Origin: an uncultured Gemmatimonadales bacterium
GTDB lineage: Bacteria; Gemmatimonadota; Gemmatimonadetes; Longimicrobiales; RSA9
Direction: 5' to 3'
DNA length: 64,000 bases
Assembly: GCA_963708135.1 (NCBI GenBank)
Contig: OY970192.1
Span: 2,304,001-2,368,000 of the forward strand
The position numbers were made by a program, and so were the translations under genes. Below are positions 8,965 through 19,268 of this stretch, in pieces. The notes beneath the pieces were generated by a model. That model ran no database searches. It was not told the origin of the DNA and saw only the letters and a program-made list of their open reading frames with translations. Every line of letters starts with the position of its first letter. Position 1 is the stretch's first letter.

Positions 8965-9594
8965 TTAATCCACCCTTCTCTCATCCGCGTCACGCGACTC
9001 CCAGCGGGCCCGCACCGCCTCCCAGACCCCCCACGCCACGCTTGCCCGCGCGGGCCCCACCACACGGCCCGCGATCTCCAGCGCCTCGTCCACCTCCGGG
9101 GGAGCGACGCCCACATTCAGAGCGCCACGAAGATGCGAGTGCAGCTGCTCGGGCGCGTCCACGGCGGACAGCAGCGCCACGATGCACAGCTCGCGCGCCC
9201 GCAGCGCGAGCCCCGGACGGCCGAGCACCTTGCCGTAGCCCTCCGCCAGCATCCAGCGCGCGAGGTCCGGATGCAGCCGTGACACCCGCTCCCGCAGCGG
9301 CCCGTACGCGCCGCCGTAGACGCGCTCGCACACCGACTCCCCGCGCTCCCGCCATTGCGACGGCTCGTCCGGAACGGGCGCGGGCGCCTCGCGTCCCGTC
9401 CGCTCCCGCCACTCGGCGAGCGCCCGCAGCGCCAGAGGATAGCCGAGAAACAGGTAGCTCTGGAGCAGAGCCTCCTCCGCCGCGCGCGGGTCCGCCAGCC
9501 GCGCCGCGGCCCGCATCGCCGCGGCCCGTCGGGCCGGATCTCCCGCCCCGAGCGCCGCGGACAACGCGACGAGAGCCCGCTCTCCGTCATCCAT
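8965..9594 (-). CDS. Carboxymuconolactone decarboxylase/AhpD-like family protein
   Basis: GYGKVLGRPGLALRARELCIVALL...QLHSHLRGALNVG CMD motif; no CxxC. Confidence 0.8.
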   Translation of the reverse strand: MDDGERALVALSAALGAGDPARRAAAMRAAARLADPRAAEEALLQSYLFLGYPLALRALAEWRERTGREAPAPVPDEPSQWRERGESVCERVYGGAYGPLRERVSRLHPDLARWMLAEGYGKVLGRPGLALRARELCIVALLSAVDAPEQLHSHLRGALNVGVAPPEVDEALEIAGRVVGPARASVAWGVWEAVRARWESRDADERRVD

Positions 9595-10591
9595 CGCTTG
9601 CCTCCAGCTCGACCTCCGCCCGGATCTCGCCCACCCGCTCGCCGCGCGTGTTCCGCAGCTCCGGGCGGGCGTAGCGCTCCAGGGCGGCCATCTCCTCGTC
9701 CGACAGCAGGTGCAGCGCCCGCAGCACCGCGAGCAGCGCCGGCTCCGATGCCCGCGTCGCGCCGTCGAGCACCTTCAGCGCGATCCCGAGCTCCGCTCCC
9801 GGAATGGCGGCGCAGTACACGCCTTCCGCACCCACCTTCACCAGGATGCGGCCGCCGGCCGCGCGCATGAGATCCGTGCAGAGCCGCTCGCTCCCGCCCA
9901 CGTACTCCGGGTTGCGCACCATCGCCTGAAGGATGCGCGCGGGCCCCTGCTCCCCCTCCCGCGCCGCGGCCGCGAAGCGCGCGTGCGCCGCGGCCAGCGC
10001 CCGCAACGGCAGGGCGAAGGTGACCACGCCGCAGCCGTCCGTGCCGGTCGCGATCTCGTCCGCCGGAACGCCGGTCCAGCGCGCGATCTCGGCCGCCATC
10101 CGCTGCTGCACGGGGTGCTCGGGGCGCTCGTAGCCGGCCAGCGGCCAGCCCTGCGCGCCCGCCAGCCCCAGCATGCCCGCGTGCTTTCCCGAGCAGTTGT
10201 TGTGGATCCGGCCGGGCGCCTCGCCCCGCCGCTCCAGCTCGGCCGCGGCCGCCCGCCCGAGCGGCGGGTGGGGCCCGCAGGCGAGCGCCTCCTCTCCCGC
10301 CCCGACCTTGCGCAGCAGCGACCGCGCGGCCGCCACGTGCCGCGCCTCGCCGCTGTGCGAGGCGCAGCAGAGCGCCAGCTCCTCCGCCGTGAAGCCGAGG
10401 CGGTCCGCCACGCCTTCCTCCACCAGCGGCAGCGCCTGGAACGGCTTCACTGCCGAGCGCGCGAACGCCACCAGCGCCGGATCCCCCGCGCTCGCCCGCA
10501 ACCGACCCGAGGCGTCCGCCACGGCGACGCTCACCTCGTGCACCGACTCGACGATGCCGCCGCGCCACACCTCCACCCGCGCCCCCGTCAT
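9587..10591 (-). CDS. Class 3 (Rhizobium etli-type) L-asparaginase
   Basis: RSAVKPFQA, ASHSGE, NNCSGKH, DGCG and KVGAEG motifs. Confidence 0.9.
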   Translation of the reverse strand: MTGARVEVWRGGIVESVHEVSVAVADASGRLRASAGDPALVAFARSAVKPFQALPLVEEGVADRLGFTAEELALCCASHSGEARHVAAARSLLRKVGAGEEALACGPHPPLGRAAAAELERRGEAPGRIHNNCSGKHAGMLGLAGAQGWPLAGYERPEHPVQQRMAAEIARWTGVPADEIATGTDGCGVVTFALPLRALAAAHARFAAAAREGEQGPARILQAMVRNPEYVGGSERLCTDLMRAAGGRILVKVGAEGVYCAAIPGAELGIALKVLDGATRASEPALLAVLRALHLLSDEEMAALERYARPELRNTRGERVGEIRAEVELEASDG

Positions 10592-10702
10592 CCTGCGCGC
10601 CGCCCGGGCCGGGGCCGGCCACGTCCGCTCGAGGGAATCAATGCGCTCGCTCCGCTGGAGTCCATGGTTGGTCCGGCCATCGTGCTGCCCGGATGGGGCG
10701 CC

Positions 10703-11632
10703 TCACGCCGGGACCCGGCCGCCACGCCGCCGCACGCCGAGCGCGATCCCGCCCAGAATCAGCACGCCGCCCACGACGGTCGCGAGCGGCGGCCGTTCGT
10801 GGATCCCGGGCAGCAGCCATGCCAGGATCGTGGCCCCGACCGGCTCCCCCAGCAGCGCCACGTTCGCCACGTACGCCCGTCGGTAGCGCAGGGCATAGTT
10901 CACCCCCGTGTGGCCGAGCATCATCGGTCCGGCGGCCAGGGCCAAGAAGATCAGCCAGTCGCGAGCCCGGTAGCCGACGAAGGGCACCGCCGGGTCCATC
11001 GCCACGGCCAGCGCCAGCACGGCCGCCGCGATCCCGTACACCACGCCGATGTAGACCCAGAGGTCCAGGCGCTGCCGCATCCGGCGCCCGATCACGTAGT
11101 AGCCGGAAACGAAGACCGCGCCCGCCAGCGCGAGCAGATCGCCGGCGAGCGGCGCGCGTCCGCGCGTGAAGTCGCCCCCACCGATCACCGCCGTTCCCGC
11201 CACGGCCAGGCCGATTCCCAGCCACTGCGTCCCGGTGGGCCGCTCGCCCAGGAACGCCACCGACAGCCCCGCCACGAAGATCGGCTGCATCGAGACCAGC
11301 ACCACCGAGCTCGCCACCGTGGTGAGCGAGAGCGAGGCGATCCAGCTCCAGAAGTGCGCCGCCAGCAGCACGCCCGAGCTCAGCGCCAGCAGCCACTCCC
11401 GCCGCTCGAGCCGGACCGGAAGGCCGCCGCGCCACGCGAGCACCAGCGCGATGAAGGCCGTCGAGAAGAGCAGCCGCCACGCGGCCACGGCCAGCGCGGG
11501 CGCGCTGCTCAGCCGGATCAGCGGCCCCGCCCAGCTCATGGCGAGCACCGCCACCAGCAGGGCGATGCCCGGCGGAACGCGCGGCGCCGGGTTGCCGCTG
11601 GCCCGGCTCTCCACGCCAGGCGGTGCGCTCAT
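10703..11632 (-). CDS. DMT/EamA family transporter
   Basis: About 10 hydrophobic segments in two EamA-like halves; GHTGVNYAL and LGEPVGA motifs. Confidence 0.9.
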   Translation of the reverse strand: MSAPPGVESRASGNPAPRVPPGIALLVAVLAMSWAGPLIRLSSAPALAVAAWRLLFSTAFIALVLAWRGGLPVRLERREWLLALSSGVLLAAHFWSWIASLSLTTVASSVVLVSMQPIFVAGLSVAFLGERPTGTQWLGIGLAVAGTAVIGGGDFTRGRAPLAGDLLALAGAVFVSGYYVIGRRMRQRLDLWVYIGVVYGIAAAVLALAVAMDPAVPFVGYRARDWLIFLALAAGPMMLGHTGVNYALRYRRAYVANVALLGEPVGATILAWLLPGIHERPPLATVVGGVLILGGIALGVRRRGGRVPA

Positions 11633-11850
11633 GCGGGACCGTACCGCGCGCGCTCTCCGCCGCCCAGCCAGCCCGCCACTTGCGGGTCCGGCGCCGCCTC
11701 GCCGCGCGCCCGCGCCGCCGGCCAGGCCGGCGCCCGCCGCCCGATCAATGACAGCCGCCGTCTCGGGCCGGGCCGAGCGCCACGTCCACCTCCCCCCGGG
11801 GTCGTCGTGGGCCGCCGCGCGCGTGCCGGGGCGCGGCGCGCCCCTCCGAG

Positions 11851-11891
11851 AAACGGAAACGGGGAGGAAAGGCCGCGCCCCTCCTCCCCGT
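11851..11891 (-). terminator. Intrinsic terminator after ctpA
   Basis: acggggagga(11859-11868)/tcctccccgt(11882-11891) stem followed by TTCCGTTT on the minus strand. Confidence 0.7.
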
Positions 11892-11908
11892 GCTCCGGCG
11901 AAACCCGG

Positions 11909-13552
11909 CTACTCGTGCGGCCGAACGTTCACCGTATCCGGCTTCAGCGCTTCCGGGTGCGCCGCGCCGTAGCGCGCGGCCGCCGCGAACAGGGCGTCCG
12001 GGCTGGTCGCGCCGCGCAGCAGCTCGTCCGCTGCCGCCACCTGCTCGTCCTCGGCGTTCAGACGCTCCCGGTACTTCTCCTCGCCCCACTTCGAGCGCGT
12101 GATCACCAGCGCCAGGTCGCGCGCCACCCACTGCGACGCCCCCTCGAACACCGCCCGGTCCACTTTCACGCCCCGCTTCTGCAGCGTGGCGTAGAACTCC
12201 TCGAGCATCTCGGGCGTGACCTGGAACCCCGGCTTCAAGCCCGGGTGCGAGTTGGCGTAGCTCACGGCGAAGGCGAAGCGCGCGTCGCCATATTCCGAGC
12301 CGTGCTGCTGGAGCGCCTGCAGGAATTCGCGCTCCACGGTCGTGACGGTGTCCGGGCGTACGATGAGGTCCGGCGCGATGCCGCCCCCGCCCAGGACCTT
12401 CCGCCCGGAGTCGGTGTGGTAGACCGGCCGCTCCCGGGTGCTGTCCGGCCCGAGGGGCTCGTTCAGCGTGTCGTCCGCTCCGATCCCGTACGGCTTCTGG
12501 ATGGAGCGGCCCGACGGCGTGTACCAGCGCGCTGTGGTGAGCTTCAGCCAATTGCCGCCTTCCAGCGGGAAGAGCGTCTGCACCGACCCCTTCCCGTACG
12601 TCGTCTCGCCGACGACGAGGGCGCGGTCGTGGTCCTGCAGCGCGCCGGCCAGGATCTCGGCCGCGGAGGCCGTGTACGGGTTCACCAGCACCACGATCGG
12701 CAGTCCTGGATAGCGGTCCGCCCCGCTCGCCGCGTAGCGTTGGCTCTGCCCGGCCACCCGGCTGCGCGTCTCCGAGACCAGCTCGCCCTTCTTCAGGAAC
12801 AGGTCGCCAAGCAAGACGGCCTGGTCCAGCAGCCCCCCCGGGTTCATGCGCAGGTCCAGCACCAGCCCCTTCATCCCGCGCGCCCTCAGGCTGTCGATCG
12901 CCGCCTGCAGCTCGTCCGTCGAGCTCTCCGCCACCACCGTCAGGTCCACGTAGCCGACGCCGTCCGGCATCACGTACGCCGCCGGCACCGACCGGACGTG
13001 GATCTCCTCGCGCACGATGTGGAACGGGATCGGCTCCGCCACGCCGACCCGCTTTACCTTGAGGTCAACCGGCGAGCCCTTCGGGCCGCGCAGGTGCGCG
13101 ATCGCGTCGTCCTCGCTCCACCCCTTGGCCGACTTGCCGTCCACCTCGATGATCGCATCGCCCGCCTGCATCCCCGCCCGGTCCGCCGGCGTCCCCGGTA
13201 GCGGCGCCACTACGGTGATCCAGCCGTCACGCTTCAGGATCTGCACCCCCAGCCCGCCATACTCCCCCTGCGTCTGGACTCGCAGCCCCTCGTACTCCTT
13301 CGGCGTCATGAAGACCGAGTGCGGGTCACCCAGCTCCTGCAGCATCCCCTCGATCGCCATGTGGTAGAGCTTCGATGGGTCCTCCGGCTCCACGAAGCGG
13401 TCCGCCACGTGGTGCAGGACCTCCTCGAACAGCCGCGCCTCGGAGTAGACGTTCTGACCGTCCCCCATCCCCCGCTGCAGGAACCAGCCACCGGTCGCCA
13501 GTGCCACCAGCGCCACCACCACGGGCGCGACGACGGACCGCTTCAACTTCAT
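11909..13552 (-). CDS. ctpA: S41 family C-terminal processing peptidase (PDZ)
   Basis: N-terminal TM, GDPHS, GLGV PDZ, LDLRMNPGGLL, TASAAEI and TYGKGSVQ motifs. Confidence 0.95.
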   Translation of the reverse strand: MKLKRSVVAPVVVALVALATGGWFLQRGMGDGQNVYSEARLFEEVLHHVADRFVEPEDPSKLYHMAIEGMLQELGDPHSVFMTPKEYEGLRVQTQGEYGGLGVQILKRDGWITVVAPLPGTPADRAGMQAGDAIIEVDGKSAKGWSEDDAIAHLRGPKGSPVDLKVKRVGVAEPIPFHIVREEIHVRSVPAAYVMPDGVGYVDLTVVAESSTDELQAAIDSLRARGMKGLVLDLRMNPGGLLDQAVLLGDLFLKKGELVSETRSRVAGQSQRYAASGADRYPGLPIVVLVNPYTASAAEILAGALQDHDRALVVGETTYGKGSVQTLFPLEGGNWLKLTTARWYTPSGRSIQKPYGIGADDTLNEPLGPDSTRERPVYHTDSGRKVLGGGGIAPDLIVRPDTVTTVEREFLQALQQHGSEYGDARFAFAVSYANSHPGLKPGFQVTPEMLEEFYATLQKRGVKVDRAVFEGASQWVARDLALVITRSKWGEEKYRERLNAEDEQVAAADELLRGATSPDALFAAAARYGAAHPEALKPDTVNVRPHE

Positions 13553-13603
13553 CGAACCTCCACCTGGATCGGGGCCCGCGAATCGCCGGCCCGCCTCGCT
13601 TCT

Positions 13604-14287
13604 CTAACCCTCGCCGGCGCCGAAAGTTTCGGCAAAACGCTCCCGCAGCGCCCGCCTCAGCGCGTGCTGCACCACCTCCTCGGCACCCTGCCCGTCCACC
13701 ACCACCACGCCCGCCTCCGTTCCCGCGAGCAATCGGTATGCCTCCGCGACGCGCGCGTGGAACGCCCGCCCCGCCTGCTCGATCCGGTCATCGCCCCGCC
13801 CCGCCTCGCGCCGCCGCCGTTCGCCGAGCTCCACCGGCACCTCGAGCACGACGGTCAGGTCGGGCCGCAGCCCTTCCGTCGCGAACGCGTTCATGCGCCT
13901 CACCTCCTCCAGCGGCAGCTCCCGGCCGTACGCCTGGTAGGCCAGTGTCGAGAGGTCGTAGCGGTCCGCCACGACCATGGTGCCCGCCTCCAGCGCCGGC
14001 CGGATGCGCTCCTGCACGAGCACCGCCCGCGCCGCCAGCATGAGCAGGAGCTCCGCGCGCGCGGGAATGGCCTCGCTCTCCAGCAGCACCCGCCGGATCT
14101 CCTCGCCCGCCGCGGTGCCGCCCGGCTCGCGGACCCGCAGCACCCGATGGCCGCCGCCCTCCAGCCAGGCGCAGAGCAACCGGGCCTGCGTGGTCTTCCC
14201 CGACCCCTCGACCCCTTCCAGGGCGAGAAACAGGCCGCGCGAGCGGCCCTCTGCTTCGGGGCGGTTCGACGCGGCCTGTTCCGTCAT
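13604..14287 (-). CDS. tmk: Thymidylate kinase
   Basis: EGVEGSGKTTQ, REPGGT and DRYDLSTLAYQ motifs. Confidence 0.97.
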   Translation of the reverse strand: MTEQAASNRPEAEGRSRGLFLALEGVEGSGKTTQARLLCAWLEGGGHRVLRVREPGGTAAGEEIRRVLLESEAIPARAELLLMLAARAVLVQERIRPALEAGTMVVADRYDLSTLAYQAYGRELPLEEVRRMNAFATEGLRPDLTVVLEVPVELGERRRREAGRGDDRIEQAGRAFHARVAEAYRLLAGTEAGVVVVDGQGAEEVVQHALRRALRERFAETFGAGEG

Positions 14288-14318
14288 CCGGTGCCTGGCG
14301 AGAGCCGCCGCGGGCGTC

Positions 14319-15632
14319 CTACTCGTAATAGTCGAGACCGAGGTGCGTGATCTCCTTCTCGCCCATCAGGTGCCGCAGCGTGTTCTTCAGCTTCATCTGC
14401 TGGATGAAGAGGTCGTGCTCCGGATAGAGCTCGGGCGCGGTCATCGGGCTCTTGAAGTAGAAGGAGAGCCACTCCTGGATGCCGCTCATCCCGGCCCGCT
14501 GCGCCAGGTCCAGGAAAAGCGCCAGGTCGAGCACGATCGGCGCCGCGAGGATCGAGTCGCGGCAGAGGAAGTCGACCTTGATCTGCATCGGATAGCCGAG
14601 CCAGCCGAAGATGTCGAGGTTGTCCCACCCCTCCTTGTTGTCCCCGCGCGGCGGATAGTAGTTGATCCGCACCTTGTGGTAGACGTTGCCGTAGAGGTCG
14701 GGATAGACCTCGGGCTGGAGGATATGCTCGAGTACGCTGAGCTTCGACTCCTCCTTCGTCTTGAAGGAGGCCGGGTCGTCCAGCACCTCGCCGTCCCGAT
14801 TGCCCAGGATGTTCGTGCTGAACCAGCCGCTCAGCCCGATCATGCGCGCCTTGAGCCCCGGCGCCAGGATCGTCTTCATCAGCGTCTGGCCCGTCTTGAA
14901 GTCCTTGCCGCCGATCGGCACCCGCTTCGCGCGCGCCAGCTCCCAGATCGCCGGGAAGTCCACCGTCAGCCCGGGCGCTCCGTTGGCGAAGGGCACGCCC
15001 TCCTGCAGCGCGGCCCAGGCGTAGAGCATCGAGGGTGCGATCTGGTCGTCGCTCGACTCCATGGCGGCCTCGAACGCCGCCAGCGACTGGTGCACCTCCG
15101 AGCGCTCGAGGAAGATTTCCGTCGAGCCGCACCAGACCATGACCAGCCGGTCACAGCCGTGCTCCTCCCGGAAGCGCCGGATGTCGGCGCGCAGCTGCTC
15201 GGCCAGGTCCCGCTTGTTCCTGCCCGCCTTGACGTTCTCGCCGTGCAGCTTCTTCACGTACTGCGTGCTGAAGACCGCCGGCATCGGCTTGATCGCCTCG
15301 AGGAAGTCCCGGATCGGATCGAGGTGCTTCGACTCCAGCACGCCGGCCTTGACCGCGCTCGCGTAGGCGTCATCCGGAATCGGGTCCCACGCGCCGAACA
15401 CCAGCTGGTCCAGCCCGGCCAGCGGCACGAAGTCGCGGATCAGCGGGTTACGGTCCTCCGTCCGCTTGCCCAGCCGGATGTGGCCGATCTGCGTCAGCGA
15501 GCCGATCGGCTGCGCGAGGCCCCGGCGCACCGCCTCCACCCCCGCAATGAACGTGGTGGCGACGGCGCCCAGTCCGACCAGCAGCACTCCGAGCCGGCCG
15601 TCGGCCGGCGGCATCTCATTGCTGCGACTCAT
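14319..15632 (-). CDS. ino1: myo-Inositol-1-phosphate synthase
   Basis: GLGAVATT, VMVWCGSTE, GKDFKTGQT, NILGNRDG, DNKEGWD, RDSILAAP and FYFKSP motifs. Confidence 0.95.
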   Translation of the reverse strand: MSRSNEMPPADGRLGVLLVGLGAVATTFIAGVEAVRRGLAQPIGSLTQIGHIRLGKRTEDRNPLIRDFVPLAGLDQLVFGAWDPIPDDAYASAVKAGVLESKHLDPIRDFLEAIKPMPAVFSTQYVKKLHGENVKAGRNKRDLAEQLRADIRRFREEHGCDRLVMVWCGSTEIFLERSEVHQSLAAFEAAMESSDDQIAPSMLYAWAALQEGVPFANGAPGLTVDFPAIWELARAKRVPIGGKDFKTGQTLMKTILAPGLKARMIGLSGWFSTNILGNRDGEVLDDPASFKTKEESKLSVLEHILQPEVYPDLYGNVYHKVRINYYPPRGDNKEGWDNLDIFGWLGYPMQIKVDFLCRDSILAAPIVLDLALFLDLAQRAGMSGIQEWLSFYFKSPMTAPELYPEHDLFIQQMKLKNTLRHLMGEKEITHLGLDYYE

Positions 15633-16302
15633 GGTTCTCCTCGTTCACAGCAGGCGCCGCGGGAGCGAGCTCGTCGAGCGGCACGCCGCGCGCGTGCTGA
15701 TAGACCCAGATCATCCGTTGGAAGGCCGTGACGTTGGTCAGGACGGCCAGGACGAAGATCACGCCCTTGAGCACCAGCCCCCGCCAGTCCTCGCCGAACA
15801 TGAGCGAGGCCAGCCCGATCAGCACCACGCGCTCCGCCCTCGGCATGAGGCCGACCCTGCAGTCCAGCCCCAGCGCCTCGGCGCGGGCACGAGTATAGCT
15901 GATCATCAGCGACCCCGCCATTGCGAGCATGATCAGGTAGATCATGCCCACGTCCCCGAGTTGGAGGCGGTAGTCGTTGTACAGCGAGAGCATTCCGAAG
16001 TAGACCGCGATCTCGCTGATCCGGTCGAGCGTCGAGTCGTAGAACGCGCCGAACTTGCTGCCCAGCCGCGTCAGGCGCGCCACCCGCCCGTCCAGGATGT
16101 CGAACAGCCCGCCCAGCAGGATGAGGAACCCCGCCGTGCGCACGTGATGCTCGTGGAACAGTAGCGCGGCGGTGCTCGTGGCGAGGAACCCGAGCGTGGT
16201 CAGCAGGTTCGGGTGTACCCGTCGCAGCACCAGCCAGTCCGTGAGCGGACGCAGCGTGCCGTAGGCCCAGCTGCGGAGCGATTCGAGCCGCGGAAGTGCC
16301 AA
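15616..16302 (-). CDS. CDP-alcohol phosphatidyltransferase, phosphatidylinositol-phosphate synthase-like
   Basis: HPN.LT; DILDGRVAR...GAFYDSTLD signature; SYTRARAE...R.ER motif as in PIP synthases; overlaps the ino1 start. Confidence 0.85.
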   Translation of the reverse strand: MALPRLESLRSWAYGTLRPLTDWLVLRRVHPNLLTTLGFLATSTAALLFHEHHVRTAGFLILLGGLFDILDGRVARLTRLGSKFGAFYDSTLDRISEIAVYFGMLSLYNDYRLQLGDVGMIYLIMLAMAGSLMISYTRARAEALGLDCRVGLMPRAERVVLIGLASLMFGEDWRGLVLKGVIFVLAVLTNVTAFQRMIWVYQHARGVPLDELAPAAPAVNEENHESQQ

Positions 16303-16310
16303 GTATGGCC

Positions 16311-16679
16311 TCAGGACGGAAGGATGATCCTGGAGCGGGACCCGGATTCCATGCCCTTGCTGATCTCCTCGTTCACGCGCTTCAGGATCTTGTCGAAGTT
16401 CGCCTGCCCGGCCACGAGCGACTGGTAGAGCGCGCTGCCCTGCAGCTCGGAGAACGACGCCTCGTAGCGCTCGCCCACGTCGGCCGGCGGCTCCTGGCCC
16501 TGCTGCAGCGCCTGCGCGACCTGCGACTCCAGGTCCGCGAGCGAGTTCAGGAGCGTCGTCAGCTCCCGATCGGCCGAGATCGCCTCGCGCGCGCGCTGCA
16601 GCGCCTTGAACTCGTCCGTCTGGCCGAGCACCCGCCCCAGCTCCTGCGCCCGCTCGTAGATGCCTTCATGCATGGTCAC
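16311..16679 (-). CDS. YlbF/YmcA-like (Com_YlbF) helical protein
   Basis: IYERAQELGRVLGQTDEFKALQRA...LVAGQANFDKILKRVNEEI resembles the Com_YlbF family. Start is GTG 16679 or ATG 16673. Confidence 0.7.
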   Translation of the reverse strand: MTMHEGIYERAQELGRVLGQTDEFKALQRAREAISADRELTTLLNSLADLESQVAQALQQGQEPPADVGERYEASFSELQGSALYQSLVAGQANFDKILKRVNEEISKGMESGSRSRIILPS

Positions 16680-17634
16680 TCTTTCCTTTCACCTGTGCAA
16701 GAGAGCCGACGGACGCCAGCAACACGCGCGGCCGACCCGTGAGGTCCGGCGCCACCCTGACGGTCTCGTACAGCCCGGTCGCCCGGACCCGGCCCACCAC
16801 CGCCTCCGCCTGCCCCGCCCCGATCTCCAGCGCCAGCAGCCCCGGCCGCGCGAGGTGCGCCGGCGCGCCCGCGATCAGCCGCTCCAGCACCCCGAGCCCC
16901 CCGCCCGGCGCGAACAGCGCCGCCGCGGGCTCCCAGTCCACGACCTCCGGCTGGAGCCCACCCCGCTCCGACTCCGCCACGTAGGGCGGGTTCGAGACGA
17001 TCACCTCGAAGGCCTCGCCGGGCAGGAGCGGCTCGAACAACGCCCCGGCCCGCAACTCCAGCCGCTCCCGCAGCCCGGAGCGGACCGCGTTCTCGTCCGC
17101 GAGTCCCAGCGCCTCGCCCGAGATGTCGGTCGCCACCAGCCGCCGGAACGGCCCCTCCCGGAGCAGCGACAGCGCGATCGCCCCCGTCCCCGTCCCGATG
17201 TCCACGGCAGCCGGGCGCACCTGGCGGATCCGCGGGTCACTCTCTTCCAACCTACCCTGCCCCTCCGCCGTGAGCGCATGCGCGTCCGCATGCGCTTGCG
17301 CCCATTTCAGCACCTCCCCCACCACCACCTCGGTCTCCGGCCGCGGGATGAGCGCGCGCCGGTCCACGGCGAGCTCCAGCTCGCGGAACTGCACCGTGCC
17401 CAGCACGTACTGCAGCGGCTCGCGCCGCAGCCGGCGCCGGACCAGCGCACGGAAGCGGCCCAGCTCGTCTGCGTCCACGGGCCGGTCGTGGGCCAGGTAG
17501 AGGTCGAGGCGCCGCACGCCGAGCACGTGCGCGAGCAGCAGCTCCGCGTCCAGCCGCGCGCTCGCGATCCCGCTCTCCGCGAGCACGTCCGCCGCCTTCC
17601 GGGCGAGCGTCAGCGCCGTCTCGCGCACCCCCAC
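16666..17634 (-). CDS. prmC: Release factor glutamine methyltransferase
   Basis: [25 protein letters not shown] and SNPPY motifs; follows prfA. Confidence 0.96.
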   Translation of the reverse strand: MGVRETALTLARKAADVLAESGIASARLDAELLLAHVLGVRRLDLYLAHDRPVDADELGRFRALVRRRLRREPLQYVLGTVQFRELELAVDRRALIPRPETEVVVGEVLKWAQAHADAHALTAEGQGRLEESDPRIRQVRPAAVDIGTGTGAIALSLLREGPFRRLVATDISGEALGLADENAVRSGLRERLELRAGALFEPLLPGEAFEVIVSNPPYVAESERGGLQPEVVDWEPAAALFAPGGGLGVLERLIAGAPAHLARPGLLALEIGAGQAEAVVGRVRATGLYETVRVAPDLTGRPRVLLASVGSLAQVKGKSDHA

Positions 17635-17635
17635 C

Positions 17636-18715
<1,080 letters not shown>

Positions 18716-18752
18716 GACGCCAAGAAGGCCGGGAGCTTGCCCCGGCCCTCCC

Positions 18753-18989
18753 TCACTCCGTCGTCTCGCCGGCGGGCGCGGCCTGCTTGGCCGCTTCGCC
18801 CCACTTCTGCTTGAAGCGCTCGACCCGCCCGGCCGTGTCCATCAGCCGCTGCTTGCCCGTGTAGAACGGGTGGCACACCGAGCAGATCTCCACGTGAATG
18901 TCGCTCACCGTGCTGCGCGTCTCGAAGCTGTTCCCGCACGCGCAGTGCACCGTGGCCGTCTGGTACTCCGGATGAATTCCCGCTTTCAT
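18753..18989 (-). CDS. rpmE: 50S ribosomal protein L31 (zinc-binding type)
   Basis: MKAGIHPEY...CACG...[12 protein letters not shown]. Confidence 0.98.
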   Translation of the reverse strand: MKAGIHPEYQTATVHCACGNSFETRSTVSDIHVEICSVCHPFYTGKQRLMDTAGRVERFKQKWGEAAKQAAPAGETTE

Positions 18990-19045
18990 CGCCGCTACCG
19001 CCTCGTCTCAAAAGGAACGGGCCCCGGAGGGCCCAAAACCATGAA

Positions 19046-19074
19046 AATATAGCGGGATCCACCGCTGCGATCAA
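19046..19074 (-). promoter_or_regulatory. rpmE operon promoter TTGATC-N17-TATATT
   Basis: -35 at 19069-19074, -10 at 19046-19051. Confidence 0.7.
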
Positions 19075-19116
19075 GCCGCTGGAACCTCGCCCGCACCACT
19101 GCGGCGGGGCCGCCCG

Positions 19117-19268
19117 GTGAACCGTATCTGAAGTTCGGTGAGCACCGAGCCGGCGCGAAGCGCAAGGCGCGAGGAGGAAGGAATAGCGGCGCTATTTCGA
19201 CGACGAGCAACGCGACGGGTCGCGTCCGATCCGCCGGCGAATGCCATCGCTACCCGGATACGGTGCAC
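19117..19268. repeat. MITE/REP-like palindromic element with imperfect terminal inverted repeats
   Basis: gtgaaccgtatctg (19117-19130) matches the reverse complement of cggatacggtgcac (19255-19268) at 12/14 positions; several internal hairpins; non-coding. Confidence 0.55.

Noticed and set aside
11745..11793. 12-codon ORF (VALGPARDGGCH) behind GGAGGT upstream of the EamA gene
   Set aside because: SD spacing is short, no promoter or attenuator logic is evident, and it is likely chance in GC-rich DNA.
9710..13201. 1163-aa plus-strand ORF and other long antisense ORFs (e.g. 46264-49497, 57510-59825, 5810-7927)
   Set aside because: Shadow frames of GC-rich minus-strand genes; Arg/Gly/Pro-rich with no recognisable motifs.
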